From Rickettsiales bacterium (GTDB lineage Bacteria; Pseudomonadota; Alphaproteobacteria; Rickettsiales; JAJNBL01), in NCBI GenBank assembly GCA_021156175.1, contig JAJNBL010000010.1, forward strand, positions 19,242 to 83,241: a DNA stretch of 64,000 bases. The letters are read 5' to 3'. Position numbers and translations under genes: made by a program. The notes below the pieces were generated by a model. That model made no database searches, was not told where the DNA came from, and saw only the letters and a list, made by a program, of their open reading frames with translations. Of this stretch, positions 9,523-19,759 are shown piece by piece (position 1 is the stretch's first letter; each line of letters begins with the position of its first letter).

Positions 9523-10851
9523 ATGCAGATTAAAGAATTGAAAAAAGAAGGCTTAAAGCGCGAGTATCAAATCACGGTAGTGGCCGGTGCCGTCCGTGAA
9601 GAGATGGATAAGCGCCTTCAGGAATTCAGCAAAAAGATCAAAATGCCAGGCTTCCGCGCAGGAAAAGTGCCGTTAGCGTTGGTCAAGAAAAAGCATGGGA
9701 AAGAATTATTAGGTGATGTGCTTGAGAGCCTTGTGGCTCGCACTTCACGCGATTTATTCCAAAAAGAAGGCATTCGTCCAGCACTCCAGCCAAAGATCGA
9801 AGTGACTTCTTTTGATGAAGATAAAGACCTCGAATACAAAGCAGCATTCGAGATTTTCCCAGAAGTGCCAAGCATTGACTGGAAAAAACTTTCTGTAGAA
9901 GTATGGAAAGCGGAAGCTGATGAAAAATCATTGACCGAAGGGTTGGAGCGTATTCGTGCGAATAACAAAACCCAGGCTCCTCTTGAGAAAGCGCGCGGTG
10001 CGGCGAAAGGCGATACCGTTGTGATGGATTTCGAAGGCAGCACCGATGGTGTGAAATTCGAAGGTGGTACTGCGAAAGATTTCCGTATCGAGATCGGTTC
10101 CGGCGGCTTGATTCCTGGTTTTGAAGACCAATTAATCGGTGCAAAAAAAGGCCAATCACTCGATGTGAAAGTGACCTTCCCGAAAGAATACCATGCTACG
10201 AATTTGGCAGGAAAAGCGGCGGTATTTGCTGTAACGGTAAATGAAATCCTGGAGCCAAAAGATTCGGCACTGGATGATTCACTCGCAAAAACGCTAGGCT
10301 TTGATGATCTGAACGCCTTGAAAGATGCGGTGAAAGAGCAAATCCAGAAGGATTATGACGGCCTTTCAAATTCAAAATCGCGCAAAGAATTGTTCGATGC
10401 ACTCGATAAACAATACCGTTTTGCAGTGCCAGAAGGCATGGTGGAGCTCGAATTTAATTCCCTGTGGGAAAAAGTAGAATCGGCGAAGCGCCAAAATCCT
10501 GATGCGTATAAAGGCAAAAAGGAAGAAGAGCAGAAGAAGAAAATGCGTGAAATGGCTGAGCGCCGAGTGCGTTTGGGCATTATCCTAGCGGAAACTGCGC
10601 GTAACGAGAAAATTGATGTGCGTGATGAAGACGTACAGCGCGCGATCTATCGCCAAGCGATGATGTATCCAGGCCAGGAGCGTCAGGTGATCGAGTTCTA
10701 CGCGAAAAATCCGCGTGCACTGGAAGATTTGAAAGGTCCGATCATTGAAGACCGCTCGGTGGAATGGGCATTAGAACAGGTGAAAAAGACGGAGAAATCC
10801 GTGAAGCCTGAGCAGCTTAGCAAATACTTCGAAGATGAAGATGAGGAGTAG
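9523..10851 (+). CDS. tig: Trigger factor
   Basis: MQIKELKKEGLKREYQITV N-terminal domain, an FKBP-type PPIase core (VVMDFEGSTDGVKFEGGTAKDF...GFEDQLIGAKKG) and an acidic tail. I prefer the ATG at 9523 over the GTG at 9505. Confidence 0.95.
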   Translation: MQIKELKKEGLKREYQITVVAGAVREEMDKRLQEFSKKIKMPGFRAGKVPLALVKKKHGKELLGDVLESLVARTSRDLFQKEGIRPALQPKIEVTSFDEDKDLEYKAAFEIFPEVPSIDWKKLSVEVWKAEADEKSLTEGLERIRANNKTQAPLEKARGAAKGDTVVMDFEGSTDGVKFEGGTAKDFRIEIGSGGLIPGFEDQLIGAKKGQSLDVKVTFPKEYHATNLAGKAAVFAVTVNEILEPKDSALDDSLAKTLGFDDLNALKDAVKEQIQKDYDGLSNSKSRKELFDALDKQYRFAVPEGMVELEFNSLWEKVESAKRQNPDAYKGKKEEEQKKKMREMAERRVRLGIILAETARNEKIDVRDEDVQRAIYRQAMMYPGQERQVIEFYAKNPRALEDLKGPIIEDRSVEWALEQVKKTEKSVKPEQLSKYFEDEDEE

Positions 10852-10872
10852 TCCTCCGTTTCATTGACACAT

Positions 10873-10901
10873 AAAAAAAGGCGCCGATTGGCGCCTTTTT
10901 T
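10873..10901. terminator. Bidirectional rho-independent terminator between convergent tig and purD
   Basis: aaaaaaa-GGCGCC-gatt-GGCGCC-tttttt. This is a perfect GC stem flanked by an A-run and a T-run. Confidence 0.7.
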
Positions 10902-10908
10902 ATGTGTA

Positions 10909-12198
10909 TTACGACACTTTCGCTTTCAGATGCTCAATCGCCCGCCAGCCAATATCTCTCCGGCAGAAGCCTTCTTTCCAGTCAATCACATCGACCGCCG
11001 CATAAGCACGTTTTTGTGCCTCAACTACGGTTGACCCAATAGCCGCAATGCCCAGTACTCGCCCGCCATTGGCCAGATATTCGCCATTATCGCCTGTCCG
11101 AGTGCCCGCATGGAAAACCATCACACCTTCTTTCGCAGCTGCTTTATCAAGACCACGAATCACCGTACCTTTCTGATAATCTTCCGGATACCCATTCGCT
11201 GCCATCACCACACACAATGCGGCTTTGGGTTCAAGCTCAACGGTTTTACCGGAAAGATTTCCGGTCGCGAGCGCATAAAACAACTCAAACAAATCCGATT
11301 TCAGGCGCAGCATCAGGCTTTGCGTCTCAGGATCGCCAAAGCGTGTGTTATATTCCAATAATTCCGGGCCATTTTTGGTAATCATAAAGCCAGCAAACAA
11401 GATGCCTTTGAACGGATTGCCTTCCGCTTTCATACCGCGCACGGTGGGTTCAATAAAGCGTGTCATGATATCGCGCTCGAGCTCAGGAGTAACAAGGGGA
11501 GCTGGGGAATACGTCCCCATTCCGCCGGTGTTCGGGCCTGTATCGCCATCGCCCACTGCTTTGTGGTCTTGCGCAGAACCAAAGGCAAGCGCGCGTTCAC
11601 CATCGACCAGCGCGAAGAAGCTGAGCTCCTCGCCCTCTAAGAATGCTTCTACCACGAGCGAGCTTCCCGCATCGCCAAATTTTCCGCCCAAAATTGTATC
11701 AATCGCATCAAACGCTTCTTCCTCAGAGTGAGCAATAATCACGCCTTTGCCGGATGCTAACCCATCGGCTTTCACGACAATCGGAAGGCCCTGTTTTTTG
11801 ACGTATGCCTTAGCGCTTGCTGCATCTTCAAACCGTCCATAGGCAGCGGTTGGGATGTTGTGACGATCACAAAACGCTTTCGTAAAACCTTTGGAGCCTT
11901 CCAATTGCGCAGCTGCAGCCGAAGGGCCAACGGTTGGGATTCCGGCTTTCTCTAGATCATCCACAATCCCTGCAACAAGCGGTGCTTCAGGGCCAACAAC
12001 GACTAAGCCAACATCGTTCTTACGGCAAAATTCGATTACTTCCTCATGATTCCCAATCGCAAGAAATACATTCTGAGCCAAGTCCTTTGTACCTGCATTG
12101 CCCGGTGCGGCATAAATATGAGACACTTTCGGAGATTTTTTGAGCGCCCAAATCAGCGCATGTTCTCTTCCGCCGGAGCCAATAACCAGTATTTTCAT
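10909..12198 (-). CDS. purD: Phosphoribosylamine-glycine ligase
   Basis: MKILVIGSGGREHALIWAL..., an ATP-grasp core and GPNTGGMG. Confidence 0.97.
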   Translation of the reverse strand: MKILVIGSGGREHALIWALKKSPKVSHIYAAPGNAGTKDLAQNVFLAIGNHEEVIEFCRKNDVGLVVVGPEAPLVAGIVDDLEKAGIPTVGPSAAAAQLEGSKGFTKAFCDRHNIPTAAYGRFEDAASAKAYVKKQGLPIVVKADGLASGKGVIIAHSEEEAFDAIDTILGGKFGDAGSSLVVEAFLEGEELSFFALVDGERALAFGSAQDHKAVGDGDTGPNTGGMGTYSPAPLVTPELERDIMTRFIEPTVRGMKAEGNPFKGILFAGFMITKNGPELLEYNTRFGDPETQSLMLRLKSDLFELFYALATGNLSGKTVELEPKAALCVVMAANGYPEDYQKGTVIRGLDKAAAKEGVMVFHAGTRTGDNGEYLANGGRVLGIAAIGSTVVEAQKRAYAAVDVIDWKEGFCRRDIGWRAIEHLKAKVS

Positions 12199-12272
12199 GG
12201 AATTTTTCCTAATAGTTGCGATGTATCTATGCTTGAGTTACCATAGCTCCGAACAGCAAAAATTCAAGCATT

Positions 12273-13622
12273 TTGGCAAATAACGTGACGGATCTCATTC
12301 CCCAGCCCCCTTCTCATAACCAGCCGGAATATACGGTCAGTGAGCTTTCCGCCGCCTTAAAACGCACGGTCGAGAACGCCTATGGCTATGTGCGCGTGCG
12401 CGGTGAGATTTCAGGTTTTAAACAAGCTGCAAGCGGGCATGTTTATTTAAAACTCAAAGACGATCAATCGGTGCTGGATGCTGTCTGCTGGAAAGGTGTC
12501 GTTTCCAAGCTTCCATTTAAAGCAGAAGATGGGTTGGAAGTGATCTGTGCTGGCCGGATTACGACGTACCCCGCACGTTCTAATTACCAGCTCACCATCG
12601 AATGGATGGAACCTGCGGGCGTAGGCGCGCTGATGGCATTGTTAGAGGCCCGGAAGAAAAAGCTGCTTGCGGAAGGATTATTTGATAAAGCACGCAAAAA
12701 ACCACTTCCAAAATTCCCGAAAATCATTGGGGTGGTGACATCTTCTACAGGAGCGGTGATTCAGGATATCTTGCATCGGCTTGAGGATCGCTATCCGTGT
12801 AAAGTCCTTCTCTGGCCGGTGTTGGTACAGGGCGATAAGGCGGCTGCCCAAGTGGCAGAAGCAATCGAAGGATTCAATCGGTTGGCAATAAAGCCCGATG
12901 TGCTGATTGTTGCGCGCGGCGGTGGATCGATTGAGGATCTCTGGCCGTTTAACGAAGAAGTCGTCGTCCGTGCAGCGGCAAATTCAACAATACCGCTGAT
13001 CTCGGCGGTGGGCCATGAAACCGACACCACCTTGATTGATTTTGCTGCCGATGTTCGTGCGCCAACACCGACCGCCGCGGCGGAAATGGCAACGCCGGTG
13101 CGTAGCGAACTCATGCAGCGTTTGGATGGAGTCGAAGAGTATTTGCATTCTGTCATCACACATTTGCTACGGGATCGCACACAAAAACTCGCAAATCTCA
13201 ACCGTGGCTTGATCCACCCCCGCGCGATGCTAGAACAACGCGAAGAACGCATGCAGTCGCTGTTTGCACGGATGTCTGTGGGGGTGGCGCGCTATATGGA
13301 ACGTCAGGAACATCAGCTTATACGCCGTGCGGAGCGTATCACGCCAGAACTTCTTAAACGTCGCATTACTCACGCCTCTGACCGGCTCGAGGGGCTTGGG
13401 CGGTTGCTTGAGAGCTATCATTATAAAAAGGTATTAGAGCGCGGATTTGTGTTAGTCCGTAACCGTCAGAACGAACCACTGACATCTGCAGCGATGCTGA
13501 AATCAGGAGAAGAAATCTCACTCGAATTTGCAGATGGTAAGAAGAAAGCGGTAGTCGAGGGAACGCCAAAGAATTCGAAACGTGGAGCATCTTCGGTGAC
13601 GAATCAAGGCGAATTGTTTTAA
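12273..13622 (+). CDS. xseA: Exodeoxyribonuclease VII large subunit
   Basis: [15 protein letters not shown]...[13 protein letters not shown]-fold N-terminus and [14 protein letters not shown]...[14 protein letters not shown]. The start is ambiguous, either TTG at 12273 or GTG at 12285. Confidence 0.92.
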   Translation: MANNVTDLIPQPPSHNQPEYTVSELSAALKRTVENAYGYVRVRGEISGFKQAASGHVYLKLKDDQSVLDAVCWKGVVSKLPFKAEDGLEVICAGRITTYPARSNYQLTIEWMEPAGVGALMALLEARKKKLLAEGLFDKARKKPLPKFPKIIGVVTSSTGAVIQDILHRLEDRYPCKVLLWPVLVQGDKAAAQVAEAIEGFNRLAIKPDVLIVARGGGSIEDLWPFNEEVVVRAAANSTIPLISAVGHETDTTLIDFAADVRAPTPTAAAEMATPVRSELMQRLDGVEEYLHSVITHLLRDRTQKLANLNRGLIHPRAMLEQREERMQSLFARMSVGVARYMERQEHQLIRRAERITPELLKRRITHASDRLEGLGRLLESYHYKKVLERGFVLVRNRQNEPLTSAAMLKSGEEISLEFADGKKKAVVEGTPKNSKRGASSVTNQGELF

Positions 13623-13684
13623 CACACCGTTGACGATCTTGCGCTATCATGCGAGCGTAACTTAGTATAACTAAAAGGAATTCA

Positions 13685-15376
13685 ATGTCCTATATCCCCT
13701 ACCAAGCACCACTAGACGATATGCGCTTCGTATTGCATCAGGTGTTGGGGCTGGAGGCGCATCTGGATTCAAGCGTCCCTGTTGATCTGGTCGATGCGAT
13801 ACTCGAAGAAGCCGGAAAATTTGCGGGCTCGGTGCTTTCTCCCATCAATGTAAATGGGGATCGCGAAGGTGCCAAGTGGAAAGAGGGGCACGTCACCACC
13901 GCCTCGGGATTCAAAGAAGCTTACCGCTTATTTGTTGAAAATGGTTGGAATGCTGTGCCCTTCCCAACCGAATTTGACGGGCAGGGGTTGCCATGGATGG
14001 TATCGACTGCGATTTCCGAACTCTGGAGCGGTGCGAATATGGCGTTTGGCCTGTGCTCACTGCTGACACAAGGTTCCATTGAATTACTCCTCGCACATGG
14101 GACGGATGCCCAGAAGGCGATCTATCTTGCTAAACTGATATCAGGTGAATGGACGGGCACAATGTGCTTAACCGAACCGCATGCGGGTTCGGATGTCGGA
14201 GTGCTCACGACCCGCGCTGTGCCAGAGGGGGACTATTACCGTATCAGCGGTACGAAGATATTTATTACCTACGGCGAACATGATATGGCCGAGAATATCA
14301 TCCATATGGTGCTTGCACGCCTGCCCGATGCGCCGGAAGGAACGAAAGGAATTTCGCTCTTTATCGTTCCAAAGATTCTGGAAGACGGTACGCGCAACGA
14401 TGTGCAGTGCGTATCGCTCGAGCATAAGCTCGGGATTCACGGAAGTCCCACCGCGGTGCTTTCCTTCGGGGATAAAGGCGGCGCGATTGGATATCTCATC
14501 GGCGAGAAACACAAAGGCATGCGTGCGATGTTCACCATGATGAACAATGCGCGGTTGGCGGTAGGAATTGAAGGTGTTGCGATCGGCGAAAACTCGCTTC
14601 AACAGGCAACGGCTTATGCAAATGAGCGCGTGCAGGGAAAAGTGACCATCATCCATCACCCGGATGTGAAACGTATGCTTCTTTCCATCCGGGCAGAAAC
14701 CGAGGCGATGCGGGTATTAACGCTCTATCTTGGCAAACAACTCGATCATGTGCATCGCGGAGATAACGAATCGGCGCAAGCGCTGCAATTGCTGAATCTC
14801 TTGATTCCGGTCTGCAAATCCCATGCAACGGATAAAGGTTTTTGGGCGGCTTCCGAAGCGCTCCAGGTTTTTGGCGGGATGGGCTTTATCGAAGAAACAG
14901 GCATAGCGCAGAACCTGCGTGATAGTCGGATTGCGATGATTTATGAAGGCACGAACGGTATCCAGGCGCAAGACCTCGTCATGCGGAAACTGAATGCGGA
15001 AGAGGGTGCGCTGTATCGCACCTTTGAAGCGGAGCTCGATCGTATCGACCAGACGATGCAAAAAGCAGGTATTGAGCGTGGAATGGTGCAGGCACTGGCG
15101 GAAGCAAGGAAGGCGCTCACTCAGGCAACGGTATTTATGCAAGGAGAAGTGCAGAAAAATTCTGATGCAGCAGCCTTTATCGCAACGCCGTATCTTGAAC
15201 TATTTGGTATTGTGACGGGCGGATATATGTTGGGCTGGTCGCTCGCGGCACTCGCAAGAAATAGTTCCCTCTCTGCCGAATTTGTGCGCCAAAAACAAGA
15301 AACAGTGCGTTTTTATATCCAGTACATCCTGTCAAAAAGTGGCGGATTTTCTAAGATTTTTGAATCTTCTTTTTAA
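13685..15376 (+). CDS. Long-type acyl-CoA dehydrogenase
   Basis: 563 aa with CLTEPHAGSD, FITYGEHD and ...IYEGTNGIQ motifs, plus the C-terminal extension typical of long ACADs. Confidence 0.9.
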   Translation: MSYIPYQAPLDDMRFVLHQVLGLEAHLDSSVPVDLVDAILEEAGKFAGSVLSPINVNGDREGAKWKEGHVTTASGFKEAYRLFVENGWNAVPFPTEFDGQGLPWMVSTAISELWSGANMAFGLCSLLTQGSIELLLAHGTDAQKAIYLAKLISGEWTGTMCLTEPHAGSDVGVLTTRAVPEGDYYRISGTKIFITYGEHDMAENIIHMVLARLPDAPEGTKGISLFIVPKILEDGTRNDVQCVSLEHKLGIHGSPTAVLSFGDKGGAIGYLIGEKHKGMRAMFTMMNNARLAVGIEGVAIGENSLQQATAYANERVQGKVTIIHHPDVKRMLLSIRAETEAMRVLTLYLGKQLDHVHRGDNESAQALQLLNLLIPVCKSHATDKGFWAASEALQVFGGMGFIEETGIAQNLRDSRIAMIYEGTNGIQAQDLVMRKLNAEEGALYRTFEAELDRIDQTMQKAGIERGMVQALAEARKALTQATVFMQGEVQKNSDAAAFIATPYLELFGIVTGGYMLGWSLAALARNSSLSAEFVRQKQETVRFYIQYILSKSGGFSKIFESSF

Positions 15377-15461
15377 TAACCATCTTGAGTATGATCAATA
15401 TTAATATATTGTGGGCTATCCGCTGCACACGAGGCGGTAACTCATATCCTATAGGCACAGC

Positions 15462-16256
15462 ATGAAGAAAAGCTCGAAGAACTTCCAACCCAATATTAAC
15501 GCTCATGATGGTGAAGGAAAAGCATGCCTTCATCATGCAGTGCTTGGGGGAGACAAAAGGGAGGTAAATGAGCTTCTGAACAAAGGAGCGGATCCCAACG
15601 TGTCAGATAATTTCGGCGCGACGCCTTTGCATTATGCGGCCCGTGAGGGTAACACGGAATTGATAAATCTGTTTCTACAGACGATGGTTAATCCCAATGC
15701 CCAAGATAATTTGGGTGCAACGCCGTTACATTATGCGGCATTCTTTGGAAAAGTAAAAGTATTGCAGTGCTACCTAGAGCACGGTTTTTCTGCAGCTCTT
15801 TATGTAAAAGATCAACCATTTTTAGCCCCAGAGGGGGAAACACCTGTTGAGGTTGCTGCAAGACTCGGTTGGGGAAGATGGGTGAGGTCTTGTCCTGAGA
15901 AGTTGCATAAAACAGTTCGGAATACAAAGTCTGTTCATATATCGGCCAGTACGTCCAGTGAAGAGAAAAAGAGCATTCCAAGCACTCATCCAGACAATGC
16001 GCCAAAGCTCCAAACGGCGATTTCTGCGGTTGCCAAGAATCCAGAAAACAAGAGCGGCCACGGGCGGAAAGATGCGCTCCCTTTAAACCAAGGGGAGTTA
16101 GATATTGCTAGGAAGCGCTGGGCGGAAGGCCAGAAGCAGGGAACGATCCGAGGAAGACGTGATACCAATACGGAAGAAAATACACCACATTACCGAAAGC
16201 ATTCTCGTGTACAGTCAGGGGAAACTAACAATAATGGTTCGTTCATCGGTCGATAA
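15462..16256 (+). CDS. Ankyrin-repeat protein with a disordered basic C-terminal half
   Basis: Canonical ANK repeats: GKACLHHAVLGGDKREVNELLNKGADPN, FGATPLHYAAREGNTELINLFL and LGATPLHYAAFFGKVKVLQCYLEHG. The tail is low-complexity and rich in Ser/Lys/Arg/Asn. Confidence 0.85.
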   Translation: MKKSSKNFQPNINAHDGEGKACLHHAVLGGDKREVNELLNKGADPNVSDNFGATPLHYAAREGNTELINLFLQTMVNPNAQDNLGATPLHYAAFFGKVKVLQCYLEHGFSAALYVKDQPFLAPEGETPVEVAARLGWGRWVRSCPEKLHKTVRNTKSVHISASTSSEEKKSIPSTHPDNAPKLQTAISAVAKNPENKSGHGRKDALPLNQGELDIARKRWAEGQKQGTIRGRRDTNTEENTPHYRKHSRVQSGETNNNGSFIGR

Positions 16257-16278
16257 AGAGTAAGCAGCGATACAAACC

Positions 16279-16312
16279 AAAAACCCCCGTCACCTTACGT
16301 GCGGGGGTTTTT
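16279..16312. terminator. Bidirectional terminator between convergent genes
   Basis: aaaaa-CCCCCGtCAC-cttac-GTGCGGGGG-ttttt. Confidence 0.65.
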
Positions 16313-16335
16313 GTTGTATTCTAAGTATGGAATAA

Positions 16336-16719
16336 CTAAGCAGTCGCTTCTGCAAGCTTCCGGCGCACAGGCGCGGCTGGAGCAGCGGAAGTGTTATTGC
16401 TGTTAGACGCTTTCAGCTTATTGCTGACACGTAAACGGCGAGCACGAGCGCCAGATTTGGCACGCTCGAATTTGCCTTTTTTCTCATTCCAGAAATATTC
16501 GTACGTTACCGGTTTAGTTTCCGTGATCAATACACGGCCATCATCGGTTTGTGCAAAATCACACCCTTTCTGGATCGCATCTTTCAGCAGATTGCCTAGA
16601 TTCCGTTTATAGCGTTCATCGGCCAAAGGGCTTGTGCCTTCAAAGCTCGGATTCTCTGGAAGTTGTTCAGCTAGGCGAGTTAATACTCTACTGGTTCCAC
16701 TCATGGGTATTTCCCTCAT
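16336..16719 (-). CDS. Hypothetical protein
   Basis: 127-aa ORF, probably starting at MSGTSRV. It has a basic C-terminal tail and no family that I recognise. An AT-rich intergenic region lies upstream of it. Confidence 0.5.
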   Translation of the reverse strand: MREIPMSGTSRVLTRLAEQLPENPSFEGTSPLADERYKRNLGNLLKDAIQKGCDFAQTDDGRVLITETKPVTYEYFWNEKKGKFERAKSGARARRLRVSNKLKASNSNNTSAAPAAPVRRKLAEATA

Positions 16720-16805
16720 AGGTTAGGGTTAATAGATTAATATAAAAACACATACCAATGAAAAAATCAATACTATTATTGGTGTGCGAATGTATTTATA
16801 GTGCC

Positions 16806-16825
16806 TAATCCTTAACAAAGGATTA
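16806..16825. promoter_or_regulatory. Perfect inverted repeat TAATCCTT-N4-AAGGATTA in an AT-rich intergenic region
   Basis: Read directly from the sequence. It lies about 90-100 nt upstream of the 16336-16719 gene and about 100 nt downstream of pmbA. No T-run follows on either strand. Confidence 0.3.
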
Positions 16826-16920
16826 ATTGCTCTTAAAAATCTTCTAAAAAGAACAAAAAAGTTTGTTAATTAAACTTAAGATAGAGACATTTTATAATTA
16901 ATCAACACAAGATTTAAATT

Positions 16921-18270
16921 TTATTGCTTGGCGGCGATTGTCATGCCCTCAATGCGAAGTGTAGGGCTATTTATTCCATAGCGGAATGAAAGGTCATTTG
17001 CAGGGGTAAGATGGGCAAACATGTCCAGAAGATGGCCCGCTAAAGTGATTTCATTAACGGCATGGGTAAGCTTCCCATTTTCAATCCTAAAGCCGGCAGC
17101 GCCTTGGCTGTAATCGCCTGTGACGGTATTAATCCCCATCCCAAATAAATCGGTAATATAAAGCCCATCCTTGATGTCTGCCATCAGTGTGTCAGGGGTG
17201 TTGGCGCCATTTTCCATATAGAAATTTGTGCAAGAAGGGGAGGGAGGGCTGCCCAATGAACGTGTCGCATGGCCAGTAGTTTTAAGTCCTAATTGAGCGG
17301 ATGAGCGCAAATCCAGGAACCACGAGCGCAATACCCCATCTTCGACCATCAGGCGCTTTTGGCCGCGGATACCTTCGGCATCAAACGGCTTGGAAGCCAG
17401 GCCTTTCACGCGGAGCGGGTCGTCAACCAGGGTGATGTTATCGGGAAAGAGTTTTTCGTCCATTTTGCCTTTAAGAAAGCTTGTGCCCCGCGCAACGGAG
17501 ACGCCATTAACCGCCGAGGCAAAGGTGCCAAGTAATTCCCGTGCGACATCCGGTTCATAAATCACCGGTAATTTGGCACTGCGAATGGGTTTAGGATTAA
17601 GGCGGCGAAGCGCTTTTGCAGCGGCATTCTTTCCTAATTGTTCAGGGGATCGAAGGTCGTTTAAGAAGCGCGCTACGCTGTAATCATGGTCGCGCTCCAT
17701 TTGCGTTCCTTCGCCCGCAAGGACGCTCACCGATAGCGAATGATGCGAATTACGATAGCTTCCGGTAAATCCTTTGCTAGTGGCAAGGGCGATCGTGTAA
17801 GAGCCGTGGGATGCGCTGGCGCCTTCGGAATTAGTAATACCGGCGACAGAACGTGCCGCATCTTCCGTAGCGCGCGCTTGTTCTGCAAGGCATTCCACGG
17901 AAGGCTCATGGGCATCATAAATCTGGAGATCAGGAAGGTCGCCTGTGTGAGTAAGTTCTGCAAGCTGAATAAAGGGGTCTTCCGGAGCCACTTTCGCCAT
18001 GGCAATCGCTCTGGACGCAAGCTCCAAAAGGGCGTTTTCGGAGGTATCGGAGGAGGAAACCAGCGCCTGACGCTTGCCGATCATCACCCGTAGACCAATT
18101 CCCCGGTTCTCGGCGCGCTCGATATGTTCCTGATGGCCTAAACGGTAGGAGACGGAAACATCCGCGCTATCAAACATCACCGCATCTGCGCCATCTGCGC
18201 CCAGTTTTAGGGCCTGTTCAACGAGGTTGTGGACCTGTGCTTCGGTTTTGGAGGCAGTCGTTTTGGGCAT
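16921..18270 (-). CDS. pmbA: Metalloprotease PmbA/TldE (TldD/PmbA family)
   Basis: 449 aa with the characteristic C-terminal ...GDYSQGAAGFRIENGKLTHAVNEITLAGHLLDMF. Confidence 0.9.
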   Translation of the reverse strand: MPKTTASKTEAQVHNLVEQALKLGADGADAVMFDSADVSVSYRLGHQEHIERAENRGIGLRVMIGKRQALVSSSDTSENALLELASRAIAMAKVAPEDPFIQLAELTHTGDLPDLQIYDAHEPSVECLAEQARATEDAARSVAGITNSEGASASHGSYTIALATSKGFTGSYRNSHHSLSVSVLAGEGTQMERDHDYSVARFLNDLRSPEQLGKNAAAKALRRLNPKPIRSAKLPVIYEPDVARELLGTFASAVNGVSVARGTSFLKGKMDEKLFPDNITLVDDPLRVKGLASKPFDAEGIRGQKRLMVEDGVLRSWFLDLRSSAQLGLKTTGHATRSLGSPPSPSCTNFYMENGANTPDTLMADIKDGLYITDLFGMGINTVTGDYSQGAAGFRIENGKLTHAVNEITLAGHLLDMFAHLTPANDLSFRYGINSPTLRIEGMTIAAKQ

Positions 18271-18345
18271 CGTAGTATCCTATGAGAGCCGATTGGGAGA
18301 TAGAATTTTTACTTTAAGGGTAAAGGAGAGAAAGGCAATATACAA

Positions 18346-18375
18346 CGAAAAAACCGGGGACGAACCCCGGTTTTT
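18346..18375. terminator. Terminator downstream of rpsU
   Basis: aaaaaa-CCGGGG-acgaa-CCCCGG-ttttt. Runs on both sides make it usable on either strand. Confidence 0.6.
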
Positions 18376-18402
18376 GTATCGTCATACGATAACGCATGGA
18401 AA

Positions 18403-18597
18403 CTAATCAGAATCCAGTTTGCGACGCAATTTACGGCGCCGGCGTACCGCTTCAGCTTTCTTACGTACTTTTTCTTCAGAAGGCTTCTCATAGTGACGGC
18501 GCATTTTCATTTCACGGAAAATACCCTCACGCTGCATCTTCTTCTTCAGAGCACGAAGTGCTTGATCGATATTGGAATGAACAACAACTTGTACCAT
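18403..18597 (-). CDS. rpsU: 30S ribosomal protein S21
   Basis: [56 protein letters not shown]. Confidence 0.95.
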   Translation of the reverse strand: MVQVVVHSNIDQALRALKKKMQREGIFREMKMRRHYEKPSEEKVRKKAEAVRRRRKLRRKLDSD

Positions 18598-18629
18598 TCC
18601 TCATTACCCCTTTCAAAAGGTATAGACGA

Positions 18630-18654
18630 TTAAAGCTTACCCAAATGGGTAAGC
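18630..18654 (-). terminator. Hairpin between the transglycosylase gene and rpsU
   Basis: GCTTACCC-aaat-GGGTAAGC, a perfect 8-bp stem. Only a weak T-run (ttta) follows on the minus strand. Confidence 0.4.
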
Positions 18655-18693
18655 CGCTAATCTAGCAATATTTATGGAATTGGTCAAGAAGAA

Positions 18694-19482
18694 CTAGTCA
18701 ACGTATACTTGTTGCTGGTGCTTTGCATGGTCGGATACAACCACAACGCCTGCGGCGGTATCATTATGTACCAAGTTGAACTTTCTCACAGGTTTTGGAG
18801 CGTCCTCTGCCTCACGCGTTACCGTGCGGCTTGCGCTGGCTTTGGTTGCATTGCCAGAAGCAACATTCGTCGGAGCCGAAGTTTTGTCGAACATCGTGTT
18901 AATCTCGGCGCGCCAGTAGGTCAGTACTTTTTGCGCATATTCGCGTCCATGGTTAGACGAAGGAGCTCCGCCGCCCGCATGGTAAGATGCTACGGCCAAT
19001 TTCCAGCTGGAGAGGTTGTTATAGTGGGTTTTCAACAGTTTTGCAGCATAAGCCACGTTGCTTGCAGGATTAAGTGCTTCTTCCACCGTACGGAACGCAT
19101 CCGGATGATAGCGCAAGTTCACTTGCATACAGCCTACGTCGATACTCTGAATCCCTTGGGCTTTGAGACGTTTTATTTCCGCAACAGCTTTCGCTTTGGT
19201 AGGGAAATAGAAGCCTTTACCGCCTACGTTAATCGTCCAAGGCCATGCCTGACGCGTGCGGTTCTTCGCATCCCAGCGTCCAGATTCTTGGGTGGCAATT
19301 GCTTTTAGGATCCGTGCGGGAAGCGCATGGTGGCGCTCAAACTTCGTGAAATATTGTTCGCAACGGTCGCTGTCTTTTAGGTACAAGGTTGTATCCGCCG
19401 CCTGGGAAATTTCCGGGAGCCCAATCATGAGCAAACACAGCAAGATAGCACTTCTTAAGATATAAGACAAAATATACCTCAT
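18694..19482 (-). CDS. Lytic transglycosylase (SLT domain), secreted
   Basis: SLT motif AIATQESGRWD and ...GCMQVN...AYHAG. The signal peptide begins at the internal start MRYILSYILRSAILLCLLMIGLPEISQA. Confidence 0.85.
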   Translation of the reverse strand: MRYILSYILRSAILLCLLMIGLPEISQAADTTLYLKDSDRCEQYFTKFERHHALPARILKAIATQESGRWDAKNRTRQAWPWTINVGGKGFYFPTKAKAVAEIKRLKAQGIQSIDVGCMQVNLRYHPDAFRTVEEALNPASNVAYAAKLLKTHYNNLSSWKLAVASYHAGGGAPSSNHGREYAQKVLTYWRAEINTMFDKTSAPTNVASGNATKASASRTVTREAEDAPKPVRKFNLVHNDTAAGVVVVSDHAKHQQQVYVD

Positions 19483-19759
19483 TCCCTTTCTTTCATATGA
19501 TTCCTGAATACCTGCCACTTTTGGCTGTATTTTTGTTCGTCAGGAATTCCTTTTATCTGTAACAAAGTGGACATATTATAGCAGAAAATATATCTTTTTC
19601 AAGCAATTAATCATAAATTAACTATCTGATATATAGTAATAAAAATAAAAAATAGATAATTGTTTACGAAAAATTTACGAAATGGGGGGTGGGAATAAGA
19701 CTAGAAGTTGAAAGTGTATCATAAAACAGCGCCTTGTGCGCGATATTTCGTGCTATACT

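Noticed and set aside
13630-13684. A possible fifth, degenerate copy of the dispersed repeat (cttgcgctatcatgcgagcgtaacttagtat)
   Set aside because: Only the TTGCGCT start and a weak CTTAGTA centre resemble the family. That is too diverged to call without a computed alignment.
16720-16920. CtrA boxes (TTAA-N7-TTAA) or DnaA boxes in the AT-rich intergenic regions 16720-16920, 19519-19760 and 48289-48612
   Set aside because: The TTAA pairs I found have N4 or N6 spacing, not N7. I saw no convincing TTATCCACA-like boxes. There is no evidence here for an origin or a CtrA-regulated site.
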